Shown: positions 56,578-64,000 of the stretch, piece by piece | Layout of the letters: each line of letters opens with the position of its first letter | Position numbering within the stretch: position 1 is the stretch's first letter | From: Escherichia coli | Lineage (GTDB): Bacteria > Pseudomonadota > Gammaproteobacteria > Enterobacterales > Enterobacteriaceae | Direction: 5' to 3' (one strand) | Assembly (NCBI RefSeq): GCF_003991155.1 | Contig: NZ_CP031293.1 | Length of the DNA stretch: 64,000 nt | Made by a program: the position numbers and the translations under genes | The notes under the pieces: generated by a model | What the model was told of the DNA's origin: nothing | Database searches by the model: none | Seen by the model: the letters and a program-made list of their open reading frames with translations, nothing else

Positions 56578-56932
56578 CGTACCCCACGTGGTCTATAGCG
56601 TTTGCGATATGGCTAACCAGCATCTGCCACTTGGTTATTCCGTAATCAGTCAGCATGCCATCATTGTTTAGCCACATATCAAATTCAGCGGTTGTCGCAA
56701 GTTTCCACTTATCGCCGTGGACAGTCCTCATTGCTGGGTACATGAATGCGCAAATCAGATCACAAACATCTGACGGCTTCAGAGATGTAGTAATGGTGCG
56801 TCCCTCTGGCGTCTGAATTGCCATTTTCTCTTCACCAGTAGAATGAAGGTTATGAATCCACACAGCACCAGCAATCTTTGCCACCTGCTCTCCGATTGCG
56901 GAGCTAAGCGCCATTTCTGCATTTTCACGCAT
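56561..56932 (-). CDS. hypothetical protein (123 aa), overlaps primase start
   Basis: ORF in coupled chain; 3' end overlaps primase start by 17 nt. Confidence 0.55.
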   Translation of the reverse strand: MRENAEMALSSAIGEQVAKIAGAVWIHNLHSTGEEKMAIQTPEGRTITTSLKPSDVCDLICAFMYPAMRTVHGDKWKLATTAEFDMWLNNDGMLTDYGITKWQMLVSHIANAIDHVGYGDAKH

Positions 56933-57266
56933 GAGAACCTCCCGCTACAGTTGCGCCCATGTCATTAACCATGCTTTGCCATATCTCACGCCCGACGTCA
57001 GTCAATCCGTCCTTAGTGACGCAACGTTCAAGAAGCTCGATCCCCACGGTTTCCCACTGCGGGTAGAACACTTTCATGGCTGCCAGTGTGTAGCTATCGA
57101 TCAGGCTGCGAACGCCTTTTACTCCATTGACGATTTCCACACGGACGGCCTCGCCGTCCGCATCAACCATGAAATAGTCCCCGCCGCTGGTGGAGGTAAT
57201 GTGGTTATACAGTGCCGACGCATACTTATTTGCCAGCGCATTCAGTCGGAAATTTTTAGTAATCAT
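56925..57266 (-). CDS. hypothetical protein (113 aa)
   Basis: ORF in coupled chain; 8-nt overlap with downstream gene. Confidence 0.55.
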   Translation of the reverse strand: MITKNFRLNALANKYASALYNHITSTSGGDYFMVDADGEAVRVEIVNGVKGVRSLIDSYTLAAMKVFYPQWETVGIELLERCVTKDGLTDVGREIWQSMVNDMGATVAGGSHA

Positions 57267-57276
57267 GGCTCCATCC

Positions 57277-57879
57277 TCAGTGCGTCACTGGTTCCGCTGG
57301 CATGCCGTTTTCATTCAGTTCAGCTATAAAGCTGTTGTGAAGTTCAGCAAGCGTTTCACGCCCAAATGGAGTCAGTGCTCCTTGTTCCACATCCATCATG
57401 GCTCTGTAGAAAATAATGGCGCGTTCTGTGCCAGACTCGATGCCAAAACGTTCTATCATCGCGCCCTCAATGTTGTTTGCCATAGCGAGGCGCTCTGCTA
57501 CTGGATACAGCGGCATGGCGACGATGCCGTTGGAATAAACAGCCACTTCGGAAGGATTGCCAGTATCATCAATGATGCTGACAGTGCCGTTTTCCTCTCT
57601 CATTTCCAGCATGAATACTGTTGCGATCAGCCATCTCCACATAATGACGTTATGCTGTGATGTGTAATCGAAATATCCCTGGTTACCGCCATCGGCAATA
57701 GCGAGATGTATTGACATACCTTCATCTGGTTTATCGTCATAATCCCCGGCATCCAGACGATTTACGGCATCAATATATGAGATGGCCTCAACGCGTTCTG
57801 TCATGCCATCGTTGCTGCGGTACATGATGTTTACGCCGTCAGGCGTTGCTTCTGCATGGAAAGTTAAGAAATTATTCAT
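57277..57879 (-). CDS. hypothetical protein (200 aa)
   Basis: ORF 57277-57984; start placed at MNNFLTFHAEA where ATG overlaps upstream stop (CATGAATAA). Confidence 0.55.
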   Translation of the reverse strand: MNNFLTFHAEATPDGVNIMYRSNDGMTERVEAISYIDAVNRLDAGDYDDKPDEGMSIHLAIADGGNQGYFDYTSQHNVIMWRWLIATVFMLEMREENGTVSIIDDTGNPSEVAVYSNGIVAMPLYPVAERLAMANNIEGAMIERFGIESGTERAIIFYRAMMDVEQGALTPFGRETLAELHNSFIAELNENGMPAEPVTH

Positions 57880-58093
57880 GTTTCGCCTCGCCTGAATGAT
57901 TCTGTAACTCATATTTGCCCAACAATTCGTCCGCTTCCTGAATAGCTTCTGGTACGCCATTGAGCAGTGACATAACCGCGCCAATCATTAACTTGTCTCT
58001 GTTGCTGGGGCTGGCCCCTTCAAGCCAGAACCCTAAAACAGTCTGAACCTGTTCGATGCGACATTGCGCTTCAATGAGCTGGATGTTGGTCAT
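57872..58093 (-). CDS. hypothetical small protein (73 aa)
   Basis: Start overlaps upstream stop (ATGA). Confidence 0.5.
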   Translation of the reverse strand: MTNIQLIEAQCRIEQVQTVLGFWLEGASPSNRDKLMIGAVMSLLNGVPEAIQEADELLGKYELQNHSGEAKHE

Positions 58094-58353
58094 TTCGCAC
58101 TCTCCACATCGATTAAACCGATATCTATCAGGGAGGTAACTTTTTGTAGCCAGCTATTGATTACTGTCGCCTGTTCCCCTCCCACCGAGGGAACAATCTC
58201 ATTCATCACATGAACCAGACCTGTGCGCGCTCTGGTAAGCCGTTCAGTCGCGCAATCTGCGGGAGTGAATGTGTCTGGATATGGCTCTTCACGCCCCAGC
58301 AATGATTCAATTTCCAGCTCACACGGATGACGATAAATTAAGTTGATATTCAT
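58090..58353 (-). CDS. hypothetical small protein (87 aa)
   Basis: Start overlaps upstream stop (ATGA). Confidence 0.5.
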   Translation of the reverse strand: MNINLIYRHPCELEIESLLGREEPYPDTFTPADCATERLTRARTGLVHVMNEIVPSVGGEQATVINSWLQKVTSLIDIGLIDVESAK

Positions 58354-58544
58354 TTTTCACCCCCAAGAATTACCAGCTCGGCACGGGCATCGTTAACCAA
58401 AGATGAGCACGCTTTAATCGCATCCACGACATCAGCAGCGTCCATTTCTTCAGCCGAAAGACTGACAGCAACCAGGACAGCCGCTGCTTGCTCGATTAAT
58501 TGAAGTGCGGACGTAAGTCGAGGGGCATTAATTGAGTTATTCAT
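58350..58544 (-). CDS. hypothetical small acidic protein (64 aa)
   Basis: ORF 58350-58601; start placed at [10 protein letters not shown] with G-rich SD; overlaps upstream stop by 8 nt. Confidence 0.5.
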   Translation of the reverse strand: MNNSINAPRLTSALQLIEQAAAVLVAVSLSAEEMDAADVVDAIKACSSLVNDARAELVILGGEK

Positions 58545-58755
58545 TGGTTGCCCCCGTTTTTCCTGGCATTTCGCCACCTTCCAGCAGGAAATGAACGTCA
58601 CGAACGGCGAGATCCAATATCGCGAGTAACGCCTTCAGTCTTTCGTCTCGTGAGGGAGAGTTGCTCACCAGAATGTCGTTAATCACTTCTGTCAGTGTGA
58701 TGATCTGGCTTGTGCGTTCGAGGGGATCCATATGCACATCGTAGGTTTTAATCAT
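58537..58755 (-). CDS. hypothetical small protein (72 aa)
   Basis: Start MIKTYDV preceded by GGAGG (6-nt spacer); ATG overlaps stop of the 58748-58942 ORF; in frame with the long 58537-59604 ORF. Confidence 0.5.
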   Translation of the reverse strand: MIKTYDVHMDPLERTSQIITLTEVINDILVSNSPSRDERLKALLAILDLAVRDVHFLLEGGEMPGKTGATNE

Positions 58756-59604
58756 GAGCCACCTCCATGCGGATACGACCAGCAAAAAAGCAGACGTGAT
58801 CGCGCACCAGAGAACGGCGAGCATCGCGTTCAGACTCGGCAGCAATATGATGAATTTTGGCGGTAATTGTCGAGCAATCGCGGCGAACTGCGGCGATAAT
58901 CCAGATAAATTGCGGTTTTTGGGTAGGGGTAGTAGCCAGCATGTGGCAGCCTCCATTCGATAGCATGTAACGCTACCACCGGAAACGCCAATTTCGCTGG
59001 TGGTAGCCCAGACAGGGTTGGCGTAACCGGCTCGAATGGATACCGGCGCTTCCGAAGAAGCCCCTGCCTGAGCCACCATTGATTGACAAAGGCGCTGGAT
59101 TATACACCAACGCCCAAAAAATGGGTGAGTCAGACCTACGACATAAAAAAAGACGCTCGGCGCGTCATATGTCGCCATTCGATTTACTAGGACGCCAATC
59201 CCGGCACCCGTTTTATGAGGTGCCTTATAACCATAAACCGTGTTGCCGCATAACGGCAAGCTCTTTTTTATGGACTCCGAAAACTCGCTATTGGAAGCAC
59301 CAGATGCACAGTACATCGCGCTCATTTCGTTAACGTCACGCGCGTGGACGAATGTTTTTGTGGAGTCACTACACGAGCGGAAGACATCATCTACGACCAG
59401 AAATTTTCTGGCGCAGCCGCTGACCTTCTCAATGCTAATATCATCGCCCGAGATTTCTGATATGGTTAAGGCATCCGTTCCGACCACCAGCAAATGATAA
59501 ACTTTGCTTGTATCTGCTGTATTAATGCCTGACTTTGCCGTCATATTGCTGGATTTTGGCGACATACCAGCCAGTGAAAATGTCTTCTTCTGGACGGTTA
59601 GCAT
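58537..59604 (-). CDS. long open frame (355 aa) from a GGAGG-preceded ATG at 59604; likely real only in its N-terminal about 210 aa, possibly frameshifted
   Basis: No in-frame stop until 58537 although two SD-preceded small genes lie inside or overlapping it; the middle of the translation is low-complexity. Confidence 0.3.
   Translation of the reverse strand: MLTVQKKTFSLAGMSPKSSNMTAKSGINTADTSKVYHLLVVGTDALTISEISGDDISIEKVSGCARKFLVVDDVFRSCSDSTKTFVHARDVNEMSAMYCASGASNSEFSESIKKSLPLCGNTVYGYKAPHKTGAGIGVLVNRMATYDAPSVFFYVVGLTHPFFGRWCIIQRLCQSMVAQAGASSEAPVSIRAGYANPVWATTSEIGVSGGSVTCYRMEAATCWLLPLPKNRNLSGLSPQFAAIARQLPPKFIILLPSLNAMLAVLWCAITSAFLLVVSAWRWLMIKTYDVHMDPLERTSQIITLTEVINDILVSNSPSRDERLKALLAILDLAVRDVHFLLEGGEMPGKTGATNE
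58748..58942 (-). CDS. hypothetical small protein (64 aa)
   Basis: Start MLATTPTQ preceded by GGAGG (7-nt spacer); alternative frame relative to the long ORF. Confidence 0.45.
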   Translation of the reverse strand: MLATTPTQKPQFIWIIAAVRRDCSTITAKIHHIAAESERDARRSLVRDHVCFFAGRIRMEVAHD

Positions 59605-59780
59605 TTGTTAACCTCCGCGAACTCCTTCATGAAACGCGCCAGCGGTTGTACGCATGGCGATTGATACCCGTCGCGATAAAACGTCACTCGGTTGTGAGAC
59701 ACGCTTTCGACAGTAACGAGTGCTCCGTGGGCATCTTTGTAGCGTTTTTGTGGTTGTGGTGTTCCTGTTGGCTTAGACAT
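59598..59780 (-). CDS. hypothetical small protein (60 aa)
   Basis: ORF 59598-59867; start placed at MSKPTGTPQ with GGAGG SD; overlaps antirepressor-like gene end and next gene start. Confidence 0.5.
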   Translation of the reverse strand: MSKPTGTPQPQKRYKDAHGALVTVESVSHNRVTFYRDGYQSPCVQPLARFMKEFAEVNKC

Positions 59781-60606
59781 TGACCACCTCCAGACGCTTG
59801 GCGAGCCAGCGTTGCGACAGGCGGGTGAGTTCTCCTTTGCGCTGCTCATATTCCATGCCCATATCAATTAACGTGATATTGGTGCTTTCGAGATATGAGA
59901 GGTGCTCAAGCTGTTCTGCGTTCATATGGTCGCGAGGTTCGCCAGAATAGCCATTTATCCGCGCCCACTGCTTAGCAGTTAGCCCACCAAGAACGATACG
60001 AGAAATCATATTGCTCTCGTTTGTGTAGTGGTGTTGCTGCGTCGTTTTACCCATCTCGGCACGGGCCATATTCAGCGCATCGCACATTGGCTTAAAGTTG
60101 TTTGCGGCACTGAGACGGGCTTTTAGCTGGCGACGATAGCGGGCGGCGATTTCAGGCACGCTACGCTGTAATTCTTCCTCGCACTGGATGAAATAACGGC
60201 GGATAGCGCGACCCTGATCATTGCGTTCGATCATTGCCAGTTCTTTCGCCATTCCGACACTTAACAGATAGTCTTTGCCGGGTCTGCCAGAGTGCTTTAT
60301 CTTGCTGTAAGCCGCGCCATTCGGGCTTTTCCCCAAATTTGGGGAAATTGTTTTATGGACTGAGTAATCGTGCCCAATGGTGAAGTCATATTCAGAGATG
60401 CGATCAGTGATCCATGTAGAGAAGTCTTTTCCCACGCCCAACGCTTTGTGTAACGCTTTTGCGCTAACAATATTGGTTTCACGCCCACCGATATGACCAG
60501 GAATAACCGGGACAATTGCGGCAAATTCATTACCGTTAATTGTGCTCAGAGAGGCGTTCAGATGAGGGGCGGCCTCAGAAATTAATCTGCTTTTTTCGAT
60601 GTTCAT
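59773..60606 (-). CDS. phage antirepressor-like protein (Rha/Ant-type N-terminus with KilA-C-like domain)
   Basis: 277 aa; KilAC-like motif DYLLSVGMAKELAMIERNDQGRAIRRYFIQCEEEL; GGAGA SD. Confidence 0.65.
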   Translation of the reverse strand: MNIEKSRLISEAAPHLNASLSTINGNEFAAIVPVIPGHIGGRETNIVSAKALHKALGVGKDFSTWITDRISEYDFTIGHDYSVHKTISPNLGKSPNGAAYSKIKHSGRPGKDYLLSVGMAKELAMIERNDQGRAIRRYFIQCEEELQRSVPEIAARYRRQLKARLSAANNFKPMCDALNMARAEMGKTTQQHHYTNESNMISRIVLGGLTAKQWARINGYSGEPRDHMNAEQLEHLSYLESTNITLIDMGMEYEQRKGELTRLSQRWLAKRLEVVNV

Positions 60607-60618
60607 TTTCAGTCTCCG

Positions 60619-61050
60619 TTAGGCGGCGTTAAACGCGTCCGGGTAGAGTTTCAGAATGTCGGCAATTTCCTGCTGAGAAAGTCCGTTGTGATCATTTATG
60701 TTCGCAAGATGGTTAATATGAGTGATCACTTTCAGAACATCACCACGGCAGGAGAAACGGTAGCGAAGGTGTGTTCCGATACCATCAGGATTCTTTTCGT
60801 CGATACGCTCCAGAGTGATTCCAAGCTGGCGTTCTAACTCTGTTGCATAGTTACGACCAGAAGACAGACGGCAGTAGCGAAGAATGTCATTTTCTGTCCA
60901 TCCCTCTATACCAGTACGCAGCATATAGACTCTGGCACGATGCTTTTTCGGTGTGCGCTTTGGTGCTTGAAGGGATTTTGTAAGGGGCGTAACATCAGAT
61001 ACACGAATATCTGAATTAGCCGCCTGTAATGGGCGGTTTTTCTTTTCCAT
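60619..61050 (-). CDS. hypothetical protein (143 aa) translationally coupled to alpA
   Basis: ATG overlaps alpA stop (TGATG); GAGGT SD. Confidence 0.55.
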   Translation of the reverse strand: MEKKNRPLQAANSDIRVSDVTPLTKSLQAPKRTPKKHRARVYMLRTGIEGWTENDILRYCRLSSGRNYATELERQLGITLERIDEKNPDGIGTHLRYRFSCRGDVLKVITHINHLANINDHNGLSQQEIADILKLYPDAFNAA

Positions 61051-61253
61051 CAGGCCACCTCGTCTCTAGATTCTAATATACACTTCTCAATCCATTCATC
61101 TATTTCAGACTCAACAAAAGCAATTGCCCGACTTCCAATTTTTACCTGTTTAGGGAACCTCCCCTGACTAATAAGACGATAAATCCATGCTTTGCTATAA
61201 CCAGTTCGCCTTTGAACTTCAGAGAGACGAATTAATGAATTGTAATTAGCCAT
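61050..61253 (-). CDS. alpA: AlpA-family phage regulatory protein / excisionase-like (67 aa)
   Basis: MANYNSLIRLSEVQRRTGYSKAWIYRLISQGRFPKQVKIGSRAIAFVESEIDEWI: typical AlpA/MerR-like HTH. Confidence 0.8.
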   Translation of the reverse strand: MANYNSLIRLSEVQRRTGYSKAWIYRLISQGRFPKQVKIGSRAIAFVESEIDEWIEKCILESRDEVA

Positions 61254-61680
61254 TTATTAATATCCTGTACTAATGACGCAATAACCCCCTCCTGCAACGA
61301 ATGGCGAGAGTTTTATTTGCGTCAAATGTCGAATACGCCAAAGACCACAATATGAAAAACATATTGCGGTCTTTTATAAAAGATAGTCAGATTGTTTTGG
61401 TTTGTTTGCTCCACAAGGGTAGAGCTACCCTGCATTTCGGCAGGATCACGCTATTAGGCGTGACATCCAGTAGTTTTAAAGAACAATTGCGCTTTGTCAG
61501 CGCCAAAGCCTGTTAAAGAACATTCCGCTTTTCAGCAGCGTAGAAGGCTCAATACACCTTCGTTTATAAAAGAGCGATTGCCCTTCTCCAGGGCTAACTG
61601 TTAAATAGCAATCCTCTGTGAGTTTTTATCAATCTACTCCCCTATACTTTAGTAAACCTCTGTATACTTGTCCAGTTGTT

Positions 61681-62895
61681 TCATGCGTGTTTTTCAAACA
61701 CCATATGCACCACATTTCCGCCATGCTCGAGAGAATCCATATAGTCGGCATACCATTGAAGCATCTCCCGCCGTCCATCCAGATATTGCGCATGGTTGTA
61801 TGTGCCACGAATTGAGTTCTTATCAACGTGAGCGAGCTGCGTTTCTATCCACGCGGTGTTATAGCCCTGCTCATGCAAAATCGTGCTCATAGTGTGTCGG
61901 AACCCATGACCAGTTACACGTCCAGCGTAGCCAATGCGCTTAAACACTTGGTTTATGCTGGCCTCACTCATTGTTTTCCTTGGATCATTGCGCCCGGGAA
62001 ACATAAGAGGGTAATTGCCTGTTATTTCTCTAATCTTCCCAATAAGCGAAAGAGCCTGCTCAGACAATGGCACAATATGAGGCCGCCGCATTTTCATACG
62101 TGAAGCGGGTATCTCCCATATAGCCTTGTTGAAATCAATTTCATCCCATAATGCGCCACGTAGTTCGCCAGTTCGCAAGCCGGTGATAATCAGTAGACGA
62201 GCCGCCATAACAACCAATGCGCTTCCTGAGTAACTGGACAATGCCTTGAAAAAATCAGGTAATTCTTTGGTCGTAAGGAAAGGGTAATGATTAGATTCAT
62301 GGCCTTGCATCGCGCTAGTAAGGTCTGGTGCAGGGTTATACTCTGCGCGACCAGTGACTATTGCATAGCGGAAAACTTCCCCGCACCGCTGCCTCACTTT
62401 TTTGGCTTTTTCTGTCGCACCGCGCCCCTCGATGCGCCGCAGCACATTCAGAAGTTCAAGTGGTTTGATTTCGGCGATTGGTTTTTTGCCAATGTAAGGG
62501 AACACATCTTTGTTGAAGGCTTCGAGGATGTCTGAAGCATAACCAGCAGACCATTTTTTTAATTTGCTGCTGTGCCACTCAAGGGCAATATCTTTGAAGG
62601 TGTTGTTTAACTGCGTTTCCCGGGCAATCTTTTCCTCTCGTTTCGCTTCCATCGGATCGATACCACCAGCGATACCTCTTTTCGCATCTTCACGTTTTGC
62701 CCGAGCATCGGCTAGAGTAACCTCAGGATACACACCTAGTGCCAATAGCTTCTCTTTACCAGCTACACGATATTTAAGTCGCCAGTATTTACCTCCATTA
62801 GGTTTTACCAAGAGATACAAACCGCCACCATCGGCCAGCTTGTAAGCCTTCTCTTTTGGCTTGGCTGTGTCTATTTGACGGGCATTGAGTTTCAC
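61681..62895 (-). CDS. int: P4-type tyrosine integrase
   Basis: 404 aa; N-terminal P4-integrase arm-binding signature (GLYLLVKPNGGKYWRLKYR) and C-terminal catalytic region (HGFRHTMST...RGTYNHAQY); 165 bp from tRNA 3' end. Confidence 0.95.
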   Translation of the reverse strand: MKLNARQIDTAKPKEKAYKLADGGGLYLLVKPNGGKYWRLKYRVAGKEKLLALGVYPEVTLADARAKREDAKRGIAGGIDPMEAKREEKIARETQLNNTFKDIALEWHSSKLKKWSAGYASDILEAFNKDVFPYIGKKPIAEIKPLELLNVLRRIEGRGATEKAKKVRQRCGEVFRYAIVTGRAEYNPAPDLTSAMQGHESNHYPFLTTKELPDFFKALSSYSGSALVVMAARLLIITGLRTGELRGALWDEIDFNKAIWEIPASRMKMRRPHIVPLSEQALSLIGKIREITGNYPLMFPGRNDPRKTMSEASINQVFKRIGYAGRVTGHGFRHTMSTILHEQGYNTAWIETQLAHVDKNSIRGTYNHAQYLDGRREMLQWYADYMDSLEHGGNVVHMVFEKHA

Positions 62896-62926
62896 TTGGG
62901 GGTACCTCCACTAAACCGAACAGCAA

Positions 62927-62949
62927 ATACCCCCATAAGTACCCCCATC
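62927..62949. repeat. island-terminal 23-mer ATACCCCCATAAGTACCCCCATC (putative arm-type site), partner of 43558-43580
   Basis: 22 of 23 identity with the distal copy, same orientation. Confidence 0.5.
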
Positions 62950-62967
62950 TGACCGTAGATTTTGAGG

Positions 62968-63043
62968 GACTTTAGTAGACGTCAAAAGACGAACGGGGCT
63001 TTAATACGCGGATTATAAGGGGTTTTGAAAGACTTTAGTAGAC
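62968..63043. repeat. two direct copies of GACTTTAGTAGAC between int and thrW
   Basis: Copies at 62968-62980 and 63031-63043, each preceded by TTTGAR. Confidence 0.45.
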
Positions 63044-63060
63044 TTGGGGAGATGTTTGAA

Positions 63061-63136
63061 TGGTGCCGATAATAGGAGTCGAACCTACGACCTTCGCATT
63101 ACGAATGCGCTGCTCTACCAACTGAGCTATATCGGC
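63061..63136 (-). tRNA. thrW: tRNA-Thr (anticodon CGU)
   Basis: Reverse complement is GCCGATATAGCTCAGTTGGTAGAGCAGCGCATTCGTAATGCGAAGGTCGTAGGTTCGACTCCTATTATCGGCACCA: 7-bp acceptor stem, D, anticodon and T arms fold; anticodon CGT; encoded CCA. Confidence 0.95.
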
Positions 63137-63250
63137 CCTGAAAGGACATATTCACGAACGTGAATCACGGTGGACAAGGTTAAAACTAACCGGGCGATGC
63201 GTCAATGGCCTTGTGAATCAAATGGCTACTTTTGCATCACCCGGTTTTAT

Positions 63251-64000
63251 TTACGCACGAATGGTGTAATCACCGATGCCGATCCACTTGTAAGTGGTCA
63301 GTGCTTCCAGGCCCATCGGGCCACGCGCGTGGAGTTTTTGTGTGCTTACCGCCACTTCCGCTCCCAGACCAAACTGGCCGCCGTCGGTAAAACGCGTAGA
63401 GGCGTTAACGTAAACAGCGGACGAATCCACTTCGTTAACAAAACGCTGGGCGTTGCGCATATCGCGGGTCAGGATCGCATCGGAGTGTTGCGTGCCGTGT
63501 TCACGAATATGGGCGATGGCATCGTCAAGATCGCTGACGATTTTGACGTTCAAATCTAATGACAGAAACTCATCGTCATACTCTTCGGCTTTAACCGCCA
63601 CCACCTTCGCGGGGCCTGTCTGCAACTGCGCCAGCGCAGCAGCATCTGCGTGTAACGTCACGCCGCTTTCCGCCATTTGCTTGCTTAATGCGGGCAGGAA
63701 GCTATCGGCGATGTTTTTATTTACCAGCAAGGTTTCTACCGTATTACATGTGCTCGGTCGCTGAGTTTTCGCGTTGACGATCACTTTTAATGCTTCAGCG
63801 ATCTCTGCGCTTTCATCAACGTAAATATGGCATACGCCTATACCACCAGTGATCACCGGGATTGTCGACTGTTCGCGGCACAGTTTATGCAAACCAGCCC
63901 CGCCGCGCGGGATCAGCATGTCGATGTATTTATCCATACGCAGCATTTCACTGACCAGCGCACGGTCAGGATTATCAATCGCCTGCACGGCACCCGCCGG
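63251..64000 (-). CDS. proA: gamma-glutamyl phosphate reductase ProA, C-terminal part; gene continues beyond window end
   Basis: Translation ends ...[23 protein letters not shown], the ProA C-terminus; proA-thrW adjacency is the known E. coli arrangement. Confidence 0.9.

Noticed and set aside
61301-61516. 71-aa + strand ORF between alpA and int
   Set aside because: Lies in the probable alpA promoter region, opposite to the island transcription direction, with no SD; more likely non-coding regulatory DNA.

Overview
This 64-kb window is an Escherichia coli chromosomal segment, in reverse orientation relative to the K-12 map as I recall it. All identifications come from reading the supplied translations and the DNA; no database search was run. 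Core genes in order: yahF (partial), yahE, yahD, yahC, yahB, pdeL (yahA), betT, betI-betB-betA, ykgG-ykgF-ykgE (LutCBA-like), rclR, rclA-rclB-rclC, an aldo-keto reductase divergent from a ykgA-like AraC/GyrI regulator, a full-length eaeH/fdeC adhesin gene (1416 aa), a redox cluster (two aldo-keto reductases, two LysR regulators, an alpha/beta hydrolase, an Old Yellow Enzyme reductase), ykgR-like, Zur-box-preceded ykgM-ykgO, ecpRABCDE, ykgJ and yagU. The accessory part is a roughly 19.6-kb integrative island (about 43.5-63.1 kb) at the 3' end of tRNA-Thr(CGT) thrW, followed by the 3' part of proA. The island has a P4-type integrase, AlpA, a chain of about ten translationally coupled small genes, a 919-aa primase-helicase, two inverted iteron modules, and a LexA-box-preceded operon ending in a 908-aa protein with an N-terminal lytic-transglycosylase domain, but no capsid, portal or terminase genes. 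This looks like a phage-satellite or PICI-like element with unusual cargo and is the best candidate for an undescribed system here. No CRISPR array, rRNA gene or IS transposase was seen.
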